Part shown: piece by piece, positions 47,995 to 60,406 of the stretch
Layout of the letters: the number at the start of each line of letters is the position of its first letter
How positions within the stretch are numbered: the first letter of the stretch is position 1
Assembly (NCBI GenBank): GCA_964234715.1
Contig: OZ174281.1
Source of the DNA: Podarcis melisellensis
Taxonomy: Eukaryota
Strand: one strand, 5' to 3'
Length of the DNA: 64,000 bases
Notes under the pieces: model-generated
The model's database searches: none
Told to the model about the DNA's origin: nothing
The model's input: the letters and a program-made list of their open reading frames with translations, nothing else
Position numbers and translations under genes: made by a program

Positions 47995-48406
47995 CATGGG
48001 TAGGCAAACTAAGGCCTGGGGGCCGGATCCGGCCCAAATGCCTTCTAAATCCGGCCTGCGGATGGTCCGGGAATTACCGGTAGCATGTTTTTACATGAGT
48101 AGAATATGTGCTTTTATTTAAAATGCATCTCTGGGTTATTTGTGGGGCATAGGAATTCGTTCATTTCCCCCCCCTCAGTGGCGTAGCGTGGGGGGTGCAG
48201 GGGGGCTGGCCGCACCGGGCGCAACATCTGGGGGTTAGGGTTAGGGGGCGCAAATCCATGGGTTAGGAGGCGCAAATTACTTGCCTTGCCCTGGGTGCTG
48301 ACAACCCACGCTACACCACTGCCCCCTTTCAAAATATATTCCGGCCCCCCACAAGGTCTGAGGGACAGTGGACCCGCCCCCTGCTGAAAAAGTTTGCTGA
48401 CCACTG
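47995..48406 (-). mobile_element. hAT-Charlie-type MITE containing nested TTAGGG MITE
   Basis: Ends catgggtaggcaaact / agtttgctgaccactg; TSD ttaaatgc / ttatatgc. Confidence 0.9.
48176..48321 (+). mobile_element. TTAGGG-carrying hAT MITE (copy 2)
   Basis: TIR cagtggcgtagcgtggg / cccacgctacaccactg; flanks ccccccct / cccccttt. Confidence 0.9.
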
Positions 48407-48579
48407 TTATATGCCTTCACGTCCACCATGGCAACCAGCAGACCCAACCACATCACCTTGGCAGAGGCTGGCACGCAGGACATTGAACTGAAAGACCCTT
48501 GCCAGGCAAGCTCAGTCCCTGGATTACTACTTACTTGTTGATATATTTGGGGTGCGTGGGGTGTTAGGGGAGGGGTAGT

Positions 48580-49360
48580 ACCTCTGGTGGGCAACATGTC
48601 ATGTTCCTTCCAGGGTAGTTTGTCCACATTTGGACCCCAACCTTCACTCAGTGCTCATCTGTGGCTCCTAGTAGCTGTCAGCAAGCAACAGTGGCCGCAT
48701 TCTGGGAAATGGCTTTGACTAGCTGGCTAAAACAAAGTGAGGGGAGCCGATGGGTCTCAAACTCTCCATGAGTTAGGGTCTTCTCCTGCATGCAAAGACA
48801 GGGTCCAATGGACTATCAGACAAGACCAACAGCAGGTCCAGCGATCAAGAAGTAAGTTTCTGCACATGCTGTAAAGGGAAGTGAGGGGCGAATGGGGTTC
48901 CTCAACCTGGGAAGGTTGACCTAGGAGAAGGAAAACTCTGGTGCTAAACCTCTGCTGCCTTCCGAGATATCTTTGGGAGAGGAAAAGGCTAAGGAACAAG
49001 CCCTGTACAAATCCGGAATGGAGTTCCTAAGATGGTTGGATGATGTCTTGTATGCCTCCTTCCGTAAACTCCTGCAGGCAAGCTGGTGCCAAACTATTGC
49101 CCTTCTTTCCTTTGGACTACATCAGCGAGGCAGAGAGGTGGGTCTTGTCTAGGCAGGCCAGGACCTCCATACATACGGCCCAGGTTTGTGCCCTGGAGAT
49201 GTCACTTGGGAACTGCTAATGGAACAAAAACAACGTGGTTATGAGCAGTTATGAGTTACCAGTCTCTGCAGCCACAGCAGGTGCTGTGATTCCTGGGCAG
49301 TTTGACTTCACCCTCAGAGGCACACACCATTGTCTCTCAAGACAGACGAAAGCCAACCAA
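48580..49360 (+). mobile_element. RTE-clade-related non-autonomous element or 5' region remnant
   Basis: ctaggagaaggaaaactctg..taaacctctgctgcc motif typical of RTE 5' regions; 3' gtctctcaagacagacgaaagccaaccaa. Confidence 0.45.
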
Positions 49361-49866
49361 GTTGATATATTTATTTATATACTGCATACTTGCCAAAAAG
49401 GCTTCTAAACAGTTTTAAATCATTTCTAAGCAGACTGTCCAGGAGGAGCAAAATGTTTTAGGTTCAGAGCTGAGGTACAGCATTGAAAGAATGACAAAAA
49501 TTACGGTACATGGTCAGAACTGAGGGACTGAATCCAAAGGCAGGCGGTCAGGCAGAGGATGCAAACTGTAATTATGGCAGTCTTGTGGCAGTCAACATGC
49601 AGCTGCTGCAGCAAAGTGTGTTGAGTTCAGAGGGTAAAAAGCCAAACATTTTCAGCCAGATTCAAACCAGTTTTGATTAATGTACACATTTTTGCATGCC
49701 ATTTCCACTAATATAATTCAAGTTTGTTTGGTATTTTCACTAACATATGCATTTGTATGCAAATTTTCTCCTAATACAGTTTGTATCAGGAGACAGGGAT
49801 CTTTGGATTATTTCTGACTGCGCCATCATCCAGAATTTAAACAGAAGGTCTGCGATTAGCACCTTT

Positions 49867-50219
49867 GCAGGTGGCGCTGTGGGTTAAACCACAGAGCCTA
49901 GGACTTGCTGATCAGAAGGTCGGCGGTTCAAATCCTCTTGATGGGGTGAGCTCCCGTTGCTCAGTCCCTGCTCCTGCCAACCTAGCAGTTCGAAAGCAGG
50001 TCAAAGTGCAAGTAGATAAATAGGTACCGCTCCAGCAGGAAGGTAAATGGCGATTCCGTGCGCTGCTCTGGTTCGCCAGAAGCGGCTTAGTCATGCTGGC
50101 CACATGACCCGGAAGCTGTACACCGGCTCCCTCGGCCAATAAAGCAAGATGAGCGCCGCAACCCCAGAGTTGGTCACGACTGGACCTAATGGTCAGGGGT
50201 CCCTTTACCTTTACCTTTA
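49867..50219 (+). mobile_element. Sauria/Squam1 SINE
   Basis: Near-consensus copy with (CCTTTA)n tail. Confidence 0.95.
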
Positions 50220-51933
50220 TAACTGCGGTGATCTTTCCCTTCCTGTTCAACAGGATATGTGGAGTTGCAGGTATGCTTAGGATATAACAGGAAGGAACTC
50301 AAAGAATGGAGATCATTTTCATTGGAACCAGGTAAAGGGATTCTTAAAGCAACAGGTGTTGCATGGTTAGCCTGCTTTCAGAGCCCCTTTCTGTCAAGCA
50401 CATCTCGCTGAATTTACAATGGATTATGTGGGAGGTGTGCCAGCAGCTCCCAACCTCAGCTCATCACTGCCAAGGATTAGACCAAGGTGTCTCCATCTAA
50501 ACCTTCCCTCTGCTTCCAACAGTGACCATTCAGGAAGTTCACCAGCAAAGCATGAAGGCAACACCGAAATGCTGGAAGCAAGATAGCTAATGCCCTGACA
50601 TAAACGTAGGCCTTTCAGATGTCAGTTGATACCCACACAATGCATCTAACCTGTACACATATAATTAATATATGACAGAGTATCTCTAACAGAGACTAGG
50701 AGAAAGCAAGATTGTATAGGAGACAGATTCCACAGCATGCCTTTTTTGGGGGAAATGCAGAAATACATGCTGAGCCAGAATCCAGCATGCAATAGGAAAC
50801 TGCTGTTGTTACTATGACAACATCCAACAAATTACTGAAGTCCAACATAGCTGTGGGCAGAGATGTTAATAATGATAAAATGAATCCCGTAGAAAGTGAG
50901 GTAGGGGTCTAGTGTCTCCCGATTCTGGCAGTGTGCTCAAACACCTGAGCCTTCAAGTCAAAGGGAAACTGACCGGTTAATTAATGAGACAGATAACTGA
51001 AACAAAGACAGCACAGAGAGCTATGGCACCTTACAGACCAGCACATTTCTTATGAACTCTGGTCCACAAAGTTCTTTAAGTGTATGGTTCAGATGCTACT
51101 TTTGTTGTTTTTCTAGCTAAGATGACTACCCATGCTGGAAATTAAAACAAGCAAACCTGGCCAGGCCATCGGTGTCCTCCTACAGTGACTCCTGTGACAC
51201 ATTTCTGTCAATGTCACACAGAACTATACCTGTCAGATTTTCCATCTTACCTGAACCTTGCCTAAGCCTGCATTCCCTAGCAAAGCTTGGAACAAAAGCT
51301 GGTTTTAAGTAGGGGCTGTATTTAAAATCAGAGAAAACCAAGCAATTGCCCTCCTCTGGTTCCGGTGGCACATAAACATGCATCTAGCAATCCACGTGCC
51401 TGGAGAGTTCCCCTCTTGCTTTTATTATTATGGTTTTTCATTTTGTAACACCCTGAAGTGTATGCTAGGTTTTTTAGAGAGAAAAAAAGGCACAGAAGCT
51501 GTGCTGCAAAGAGCTGATAGCTGGAGTGGCAGGGGGCCAAATCACTCTCCCTACAGAAAGTTGTGCCCCATTCACCCACAAAGCAGCATTGATCAAGATT
51601 TCACCCACTATGAAAACCAACACATTTGCTGTTGTGAGGCGACTGCTGCATGAGCTTGCTTAAACAATGCCTCTCTTTTATAGGTGCATGGCAGAAAGCA
51701 TGTCATGGCAGTGCTATGTCACACAGTGTGGCAGTGCTGTGATGTGAGAAGGTGCACTGCGCTGAACGCCTTTGATGTCATGGTCTTTCTGGTCACTGAA
51801 CAACACACCTCCAGCAGAAATACCTGCTAGGTAGCCAGATTATGGCAGTGTTGAAGGACAAAGACCAGATTCTCAAATATCAGTGGAGCGCTGATGTCAA
51901 TGAAAAAAATGCATTAGCTTGGTGGAGAACCAT

Positions 51934-51947
51934 GTTGCCATGGTAAC
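51934..51947. promoter_or_regulatory. RFX X-box motif
   Basis: GTTGCCATGGTAAC, canonical 14-bp X-box. Confidence 0.4.
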
Positions 51948-52786
51948 AGCTGTATCCAGGAGTCTTTCTTTGGGATTATCATGGGGGTTTGCCCCTCTGA
52001 TCAGTGTTGCACCTCTTGAGGACAATGATGACAACAGTGCTGGCATCAGCATGGAGATAGCCCATGTGATCCACCAGACAATATGGTCCCATCAAGTTAA
52101 GTGCCGGCAGATGCCATCTGACCATATCGCTAAGAGCAAGGATGATCACTTGGGAAGGGAGCACAGTACAGAGACAGTAGCTTTCCCCTGCAAAATGTTT
52201 TCAGCTCCTCCTTTTGATGTGCAAATGTGTAGCCAACTCAAAGAGCTTTGGAATGGCTGCTATGGCAGCACAAAGGGAGCACCTCTCTATCGTGAAGCTT
52301 CTAATAAACCTCACCAAATGCAGATTCTTGCATTTCCAGCTACTGAACAGTCCTTTACATTTTTAAAATAAAAGTCTGTTGACTGCTCCCTCCTCCACAA
52401 CACCACCTCTGCCACTTTGTCGAGCTTGCCAGGGATGCATGATAGAGAGCTTCTCACGACAAAGATGTGCTATATCACTGCTTTACAGTGAGACACGACT
52501 GCATCTCTGCTCACAATTCCATCTCCTTCCTATGTACTCTCCTTATACAGTGTCAGGCTGTAGGTCAACTCAGCCAACTGTCATCTGCTCAGACTAGCTA
52601 CCCCAGGACAGTAGCTCTTTCCCAGCTTACTAGCTAAGATCCATTTTAGACTAAACATAACCAGGATTGAAACTAGAGCAGTTTTTCCTCAAACAGTCTG
52701 CTAGGACCCACCATTGGGCCACTTTTAGGTGGGTCTCAGTGCCACAACCTACCCAGGGCCTCTTCACTTTCCAGCCTGCCTATATC

Positions 52787-52933
52787 CAGTGGTGTAGCGT
52801 GGGTTGTCAGCACCCGGGGCAAGGCAAGTAATTTGTGCCCCCTAACCCGTGGATTTGCGCCCCCTAACCCTAACCCCCAGATGTTGCGCCCGGTGCGGCC
52901 GGCCCCCCCTGCACCCCCCACGCTACGCCACTG
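52787..52933 (-). mobile_element. TTAGGG-carrying hAT MITE (copy 3)
   Basis: Same TIRs; ccctaaccctaaccccc core; flanks gcctatatc / gccatatc. Confidence 0.9.
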
Positions 52934-52960
52934 GCCATATCCTTTTGGTTGGACAAGTGT

Positions 52961-53213
52961 AGAAGAAGAAGAAGAGTTTGGATTTGATATCCCGCCTTTC
53001 ACTCTCCTTAAGGAGTCTCAAAGCGGCTAACATTCTCCTTTCCCTTCCTCCCCCACAACAAACACTCTGTGAGGTGAGTGGGGCTGAGAGACTTCAGAGA
53101 AGTGTGACTGGCCCAAGGTCACCCAGCAGCTGCATGTGGAGGAGTGGAGACGCGAACCCGGTTCACCAGATTACGAGTCCACTGCTCTTAACCACTACAC
53201 CACACTGGCTCTC
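52961..53213 (-). mobile_element. Squam3B-like SINE
   Basis: Reverse complement of the 12256-12510 family; (CTT)n tail. Confidence 0.85.
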
Positions 53214-53669
53214 TGTAGGCACCAGCAACTCCAGGCATGTAGAGTAAAGGCGATCAGGAGACGGAAGTTTGGGTGGAGAGGGAGAGGAAAGGGCCAGAGG
53301 AAACGTTGAGGGAAATTAGGAAGTGAGGAAATTGTGAACTATTATTATTATTGAAGCAAACAAATGGGGAGTAGGAGACAGGAGCTGAAATAGGAGAAAA
53401 AAGTGAGTGTAAAGACCGGGGAGGAAGGGTGAAAGAAACTGGCAATTTGGGAAGATTGGATGAGGTGAACAAGGAGAAAGGGAGGAGAAATTATAGGAGA
53501 TGGGTAAAAATAATTTGGGAGGCATGTGGGGGCTGGAAGTGAAAAATATAAGAGAAACACCTTGTAGAGCCTCTGGATCAGCCTGGGCACTTGAATTCTT
53601 GGCAGAGACAGCTTGAGCAGTCCCTATGCTTCTGGGGTTCTTCTTATGTCAATTAAGTGTGGCAGCACC

Positions 53670-53932
53670 CAGGGCCGTCTTACCCATAGAGGCTAGTGGC
53701 GCGGAGAGCCAGGGCGCCAAGTTCTGGAGGGCGCCAGGGAAGAGGTGGAGGCTGGACACGGCGCCTCCTGGCATCAGCTCGCCGCCCTCGCCCACCTCTG
53801 CCACGCTGCGCCGAAGCATGCCCGCCTCCTCCAGCCCCGCTGGGAGCGCCGTCCTCCCTAAAAAACTCTGGGAAATGGGGTGGGGGTGGGGCGCTTTGCA
53901 CCATGGCACTGGATATGCTTAAGACAGCCCTG
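53670..53932. mobile_element. hAT-type MITE with ggcgcc subterminal repeats
   Basis: TIR cagggccgtctta / taagacagccctg; TSD gcagcacc / gcagcacg. Confidence 0.85.
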
Positions 53933-55034
53933 GCAGCACGTGCCTTTTGGGATGTGGTTCCAGTGATCATCTGGCAGGTGCCTACAGTATCGGCATTCAG
54001 GAGCCTGTGTAAAGCTGAACTGCTCACCCAGGATTTTCCTGGAATGTTTTCCAGCTATGTTGATGTATTTATCTAAACTACTGATTTGTGATGTGTTTTT
54101 TGTTTTGTGGTTGCAATTTTATTGTTTTTTAAGCTGATCACTGACATGATATTTTTTCTTAATGTTCACCACACACACACACTCTAACCCACCTCCCCCC
54201 AGAAAAATGGGTTTAACGATGCTGGATTACTTTTGCACAGCTAATGGAACCCATACTCTCTCAGTTCCAGCCCTGCAGTATGAGCATAATGATGGATTTT
54301 ATCTGCACTGGCATTAGCAGAGTAATTTTAAAAATGTCTTTGCATGAAATAAATCCTAAGCTGGAAAGATAATGAACTCCTGTCTTAGCTTCTACCTTTT
54401 GTTTTGGAGTCAACTCACTACTTTCCAAACAGTTACACTAAAATCCTGCATACCTGAGTTATGTGCCAGTAATCACTCCTCCACGAGGGAAGACCAGCAG
54501 AAAAAGCTAAAAAACGAACCAGGAAGTTCCTTCTCTAGACAATTATACCTAGTTGTCTAATTGGCTAGATGATCTGCTTTCCTTAAGGCAAAAGATTTAT
54601 ACAGATGATCTGCTTTCCTAAATGTCAGTCATTGCTTTGACTTCATTCATTGGCTGAAAACATTGTAAGGTGGGAGCAAGCTAGTTTTTCCAACAAAAGA
54701 AGGGTGAGAAATGTGCCTGTATGTTTTGCCTCATATAACTCAGGTTCTACAAACATTAGATTGTTTTTTTTTTTATAAAAAAACTAAACCTGTAAATTGG
54801 GGGATTATGTCTCATCCAGGGAGGCAATTACCTCCTTGCCCTCCTTGTAGATGCCCAAGCTTCCTGTTTCTGATGCCTGCCTTACCCAGGAGTGCAAAAA
54901 TTAGGATTGTCCTAATTGGTTTGGCAAATGGGCTGTGTCCAGTTTGGGGGTCACGAGTGATGCGTCCAAAACCACATTGTGTCAGGGCTGTTTCTCTTTT
55001 ACCTCTTTCCTCCTCGCCTGTCTCCTGTCATTAA

Positions 55035-56060
55035 CGATCTCGAGTTAGGAGTGAGCAGTGAGGTGGCCAAGTTCACTGACAAAGTTAAATTGTTCATAGT
55101 TGTTAAAACCAGATTGTGAAGAACTCTAAAAGAGCCTCTCAAAACAGAGGGAATGAGTGTTAGAATGACAAATCCAATTCAATGTTAAAAAAAAAAAGAG
55201 TAAAGTGTTGGGTTGCAGAAACTGTTAATTTCACATATGTGAGACCTTGCGATCACAAGAGATAGCTTGATGACGATGTCAACCCCCAGTGTGCGGTGGC
55301 CATGAAAAAGGCATATTCCATGCTGGGGATCATTAGGAAAGGAATGGACAATAAAACTGCCAATATCATAATGCCATTATACAAATCTATGGTGCCACTG
55401 CATTTGGAATACTAAGTACTGGTAAAAAGGTAAAGGGACCCCTGACCATTAGGTCCAGTCATGGCCAACTCTGGGGTTGCGGCGCTCATCTCGTTTTATT
55501 GGCTGAGGGAGCCGGCGTACAGCTTCCGGGTCATGTGGCCAGCATGACAAAGCTGCTTCTGGCGAACCAGAGCAGCGCACGGAAATGCCGTTTACCTTCC
55601 TGCCGGAGCGGTATCTATTTATCTACTTGCACTTTGTGCTTTTGAACTGCTAGGTTGGCAGGAGCAGGGACCGAGCAACGGGAGCTCACCCCGTCACGGG
55701 GATTTGAACCGCCGACTGTCTGATCGGCAAGATCTAGGCTTGGTGGTTTAACCCACAGCACCACCCGCGCCCCCCTGGTACTGGTAGCCTCACCCCAAAA
55801 AGGATTTTGTAGAGTTGGAAAAGCTGCAGAAAAGGGCGCCTCACATGATCAAGGTGATGGATCAAGTGCCCTATGAAGAAAGCTGCAACATTTGGGACTT
55901 TTAGAGGAAAGTGTGCAAGAAGCAACAGGACGGATGTTTATAAAATTAGGCATTGACTGGAGAGAGTGGGTAGAGAAAGGTTTTTTCTCCCTCTCACAGC
56001 ACTGGAACTCGTGGACATCCAAGGAAGCTGAATGTCGGACAATTCAGGGCAGATAAAAAA
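55035..56060 (+). mobile_element. Old CR1 LINE 3' portion, interrupted by Sauria SINE
   Basis: gtggccaagttcactgac (KFADD remnant), ccattatacaaatctatggtg (PLYKSMV), gagttggaaaagctgcagaaaagggc (LEK.QKRA). Confidence 0.75.
55421..55775 (-). mobile_element. Sauria/Squam1 SINE
   Basis: Consensus core; TSD gtactggta. Confidence 0.95.
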
Positions 56061-56535
56061 TTGATGTCCATCTGTGACTGTGTGCTAATTCCTGTATCCT
56101 GGTTTGCTGCATTCTCATCAGGGGGAAGGGAACCTGCAAACGTGCTAGGAGTCTGCAGTCCTAGTAAAATGCGTTTTTTTCACCGTTTTCCCGCCTGGAG
56201 ATGGATGGGAGGGACTTCTGGCCACAGCAGTATAGACTGCACATCATACATAATGCTTAAAACATATGACTCCCCACCCCCCAAGTCTTGGGAACTGTAG
56301 TTTAATCCTCACAGTTCCCAGTGTCCTTAGCAAATTAATTCCCAGAATTCTTGGGAGGAACTTACATGCTTTAAATGTATTGTTGTGAGTTGGAGAGGGG
56401 GCATTTTAGTCTGTATAGTGCCTGCATCTCTTACAATTCCTGGAGACCTGGATCCAGCAATCCACTGGGAAGATCCCATTGTTGAACTGGCTGGACAAAT
56501 TCCTTTCTAAGAGAATGCCTGTAGTTATCGCCTAA

Positions 56536-56893
56536 GGGACGCGGGTGGCACTGTGGGTTAAACCACAGAGCCTAGGACTTGCCGATCAGAAGGTCGGCGG
56601 TTCGAATCCCCGCGATGGGGTGAGCTCCCGTTGCTCGGTCCCTGCTCCTGCCAACCTAGCAGTTCGAAAGCATGTCAAAGTGTAAGTAGATAAATAGGTA
56701 CCGCTCTGGCGGGAAGGTAAACGGCGTTTCTGTGTGCTGCTCTGGTTCGCCAGAAGCGGCTTAGTCATGCTGGCCACATGACCCAGAACCTGTATGCCGG
56801 CTCCCTCAGCCAGTAAAGCGAGATGAGCGCCGCAACCCCAGAGTCGTCCATGACTGGACCTAATGGTCAGGGGTCCCTTTACCTTTACCTTTA
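56536..56893 (+). mobile_element. Sauria/Squam1 SINE
   Basis: gggacgcgggtggcactgtgggttaaacc head; acctttacct tail. Confidence 0.95.
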
Positions 56894-56913
56894 TGGTCAT
56901 TAGTCTGACAAGG

Positions 56914-56915
56914 GA

Positions 56916-56974
<59 letters not shown>
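56914..56974. repeat. (AAAG)n microsatellite
   Basis: About 15 units inside the LTR. Confidence 0.95.
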
Positions 56975-56975
<1 letters not shown>

Positions 56976-58158
56976 CAAAGGCAGTAAAGTTTTGAGAACT
57001 GGGCAAGAAGCCGTGCTTGATTTCAGCTGAAATCCAAGACTGTGCCTATGGGAGAAGCAATACCTTCTGTGGTGTTAATGCTATGGATCACTCCATCATA
57101 GGCTCAGGTTGTATATCGCTGGAAATAAACCATACATCATAAAGACGCTACAGTCTCCGCTCTGTCCCACATTCCAAGGAAACTGAATCCTGGGTAAAGA
57201 GCCTGGAACCCCTAGACTCACACTGCTCAGAGATTGGGGTGGTGTGCAACAGTATTGCATGTATACAGCCATACTTTTGGGTTGGGATTGGCTGAGTGGT
57301 GCAGAGAACTGATTGGTCAGAGAATGGAAGTCTGACACAAATATTTCCAGGAATGTTTCTAAGCTCAAACAGAAAGATACAAGTCTACAGAGAACAGGAG
57401 GGAGTGTGGCTTTTTTTTTGTAGCAATATTTTAATGCAGTTCTAATCTGCTTCAAAAGTTACACACACACACAAAGAGTATTTCAGAGGAGAGGTTTGTT
57501 GTACTTGCTTTATAGCTAACAAATGTTTTCTCCCTTCAAACTAAGAAAGGGGAGGTGCTGCTGCTTAGATCACCCCCCAAACACCTCAATGATTCTGCTG
57601 TGAACTTAGGCTGTTTTGTGGCAACCTTACAATTGACTCACCAGTGGCTGAGCTTCATGGTAGACAAGAGGTAGATGGAGTTTTCGAGAAGTGTTAAGTA
57701 GGAACAGAAGCAGGGGAGCAACTTACAGAAAGAAAAGAGAATGACTGAGAAACAATAAAATGTGGGAGAATATTGCAGTGGGAAGTGACCTCCGCCTCAG
57801 TTTCCTGATGAGGATTTCAAGGGCTCAAATGCACCTTGACCAAGGGAAAAGGAAGGTTCAAGCAGCTGCAAAAAGAACGCCCCCGGCTTGCACAGTCCAG
57901 GGTGTGGTCATATAGTCCAGGTCCCAAACACACAGCAAAGACTTTTTTTAATAGCCCAGTGGCAGGATTGTGAAAGCAACACTCTGCAAGAATTGGAAAC
58001 CAGTGAGTCTCACACTGCAGTAGACTTGTGGCCTGTTAGTTCTTTGGGGAATCCCACCTCAGAGCTTTTACAAGTCCTGGGCTGGGATCGTAGCCTTCCA
58101 AAGCACCTTTTCAGTTGGGGCTCCATTTGTGAGGAGCCAGGAAGGCCTTGCTTCCTCG

Positions 58159-58742
58159 CTAAAGCTCATCAAGGCTGCTCACGATCTGTTGACCTTCTTG
58201 AGCAACTGCCTGCCACTCTTCCTTGCTCTTTCTGATCTCCTCCTGCAGGTCTGCAATTCTCTTCTGACCAGCCAGCATGGCTTCAGCCAACCGTGAGTTC
58301 GCCTCTTCCTTTTCTTTTATGGCCTTTTGTAGGAATCTGTGCTGCTTCAGAAGGAATGGTACAATAGCACTGTGGACGTCTTCCTCTGGGATTCCCCTGG
58401 TGTACCCCTTTTCTTTGCTTCTTCCACAAGTTCAACTAGTGATTTAAAGAGCACACTGAGATTCCCCTCTTCCTTCAGATCCTGGATCTTATCCCGAAAG
58501 GAGGTTTGCAGGTGGGAGATCAACTGATTGTAAACACACTTGGTGAGTTCAGGTTGCACTTTGTAAAGACGACTGTAACACTTCGCAAACCTATGGTAGC
58601 TGCCTGCTTCCACAATCTTCTGCAAGGAAACGTTGACGATGTAGTTCAGGAATTGCTCCCGGCTGGGGTTGGTCAGTGGCTCAACAGCAGCAGCAGCAGC
58701 GTCGGCGGCCTCCTTCTCCCCCTCAGCCACCTCAGTTGCCAT
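58159..58742 (-). pseudogene. PMF1: Processed pseudogene of polyamine-modulated factor 1 (Nnf1, MIS12 kinetochore complex)
   Basis: Intronless; LQKIVEAGSYHRFAKCY...QLISHLQTSFRDKIQDLKEEGNL then a frameshift near 58397 (AWRPS lost), continuing GIPEEDVHSAIVPFLLKQ...SLDEL*. Confidence 0.88.
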
Positions 58743-58889
58743 TTTAGGCCCGCCACAAATCCGAATGCCTCCGAGTCTGCCTTTGAATATATATATGGGA
58801 GAAGTTAATTGTTTGCTTGCAATTCTGCTTACCAGAGTCATGTCCCAGTGCATCTAGTGGACTAGCCTCAACTGTGGTATTTCTGAATA

Positions 58890-59115
58890 CAGTGGTACCT
58901 TGGGTTACATACGCTTCAGGTTACAGACTCCGCTAACCCAGAAATAGTGCTTCAGGTTAAGAACTTTGCTTCAGGATAAGAACAGAAATTGGGCTCCGGC
59001 GGTGCGGCGGCAGCGGGAGACCCCATTAGCTAAAGTGGTGCTTCAGGTTAAGAACAGTTTCAGGTTAAGAACGGACCTCCAGAATGAATTAAGTACTTTA
59101 CCTGAGGTACCACTG
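58890..59115 (+). mobile_element. Tc1/mariner-type MITE (226 bp)
   Basis: TIR cagtggtacct / aggtaccactg; TA TSD; internal ttcaggttaagaac repeats. Confidence 0.9.
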
Positions 59116-60046
59116 TACAGCTTAGAATGAGTTTCTTTGCATGCAGTAAATTAGCACAGTATAGTGAGGGCTATGCTAAAGCTGTCTCACTGATGAACTA
59201 GTTTGTTAGATTCAGGGATGTGTTGGTTTTGTTTAACATGGTGGGCACTGAAAACAAGAATGCACGACCCCCTCCCTTGCCGCAGTCTGAAGAGGCACAG
59301 TTCAGGATTCTACCCTTTCATTCTGTTAATGTGGGCAACAGCTGTTAGTTACAGCCATTTGTGGTTTTTAGAATCTGAGGCTCCATGGAAAAAAATCTAG
59401 GGATCTGAAATTACTGATGCCCTCCTGGAAATAAATGGATGGCCTTTCAAATGCAGTATTCACCATATTGCCCTTTCCACTTCAAGGTTGTTATTATCCC
59501 TAATTTCAGAAAAAGAATGAGAAGCTTGTAGACTGAAGCTCAGAATGGCAAACAGAAAAAAGTTGAAAGCTGAAATAAATGTATTCTTACATTTAAATCC
59601 TTATATTTCCCTAGATAATTCAGAGTAGTATACATGTTTCCTCCCATCCTTTTATCCTTACAAGTTTGCAATATTTATTTATAAAAAATATTTATATACA
59701 GCTGTATCATAAAAAATATCAAAAGTTTACAACAATATCCTTATATAATAAAAACACGCAAAGATTAAAAATCAAAGGCCATCAATAAACCATTATGGAA
59801 AGATTTTATTTATTTTTGCTTGCATAAGCTTGGCAGCATAGAAAGTTTTCAGCAGACATTTAAAGGTTCAAACAGAAGGTACCTGCTGAATCTATATTGG
59901 CAGAGCATCCCACAGGACTGGGCCAGTGACACGAAACTCTCGGCTTCTTGCTGTTGTCAGATGAGCCTTGCCAGTTGGGGACAACCAATGATCCTCCTGC
60001 AGATGATATCAATAAAGCAGGGATGTAAGGGTTTAGATGGTACCTA

Positions 60047-60406
60047 GGTAAAAAGGTAAAGGACCCCTGAACGATTAAGTCCAGTCAGGGGTGACTATGG
60101 GGTTCTGTCGCCCATCTCGCTTTCAGGCCAAGGGAGCCAGCGTTCCGAGTCATGTGGCTGGCATGACTAAACTGCTTCTGGTACAATGGAACACTATGAC
60201 GGAAACCAGAGCACATGGAAATGCCATTTACCTTCCTACCGCATCTGTACCTATTTATCTACTTGCACTGGTATGCTTTCAAACTGCTAGGTTGGCAGGA
60301 ACTGGGACTGAGCAATGGGAGCTCACTCCGTCACAGGGACTGCTGACCTTCCGATTGGCAAGCACAAGAGGCTCAGTGGTTTAGACCACAGCGCCACCTG
60401 CGTCTC
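60047..60406 (-). mobile_element. Older Sauria/Squam1 SINE within an L2 remnant
   Basis: Diverged core; flanking tggtaccta duplication. Confidence 0.85.

Larger units (their letters stand above)
56416..57251 (+). mobile_element. Solo LTR (same family as 29462) with nested SINE and (AAAG)n
   Basis: Colinear with 29462-29922 on both sides of the SINE; ends gcaaca. Confidence 0.75.

Noticed and set aside
51180-51383. Minus-strand ORF with a strong cag|gtaag donor near 51255-51261
   Set aside because: No recognisable protein or partner exon; a single donor match is common by chance
51919-52371. 150-aa plus-strand ORF
   Set aside because: No recognisable motif, non-ATG start and no splice context
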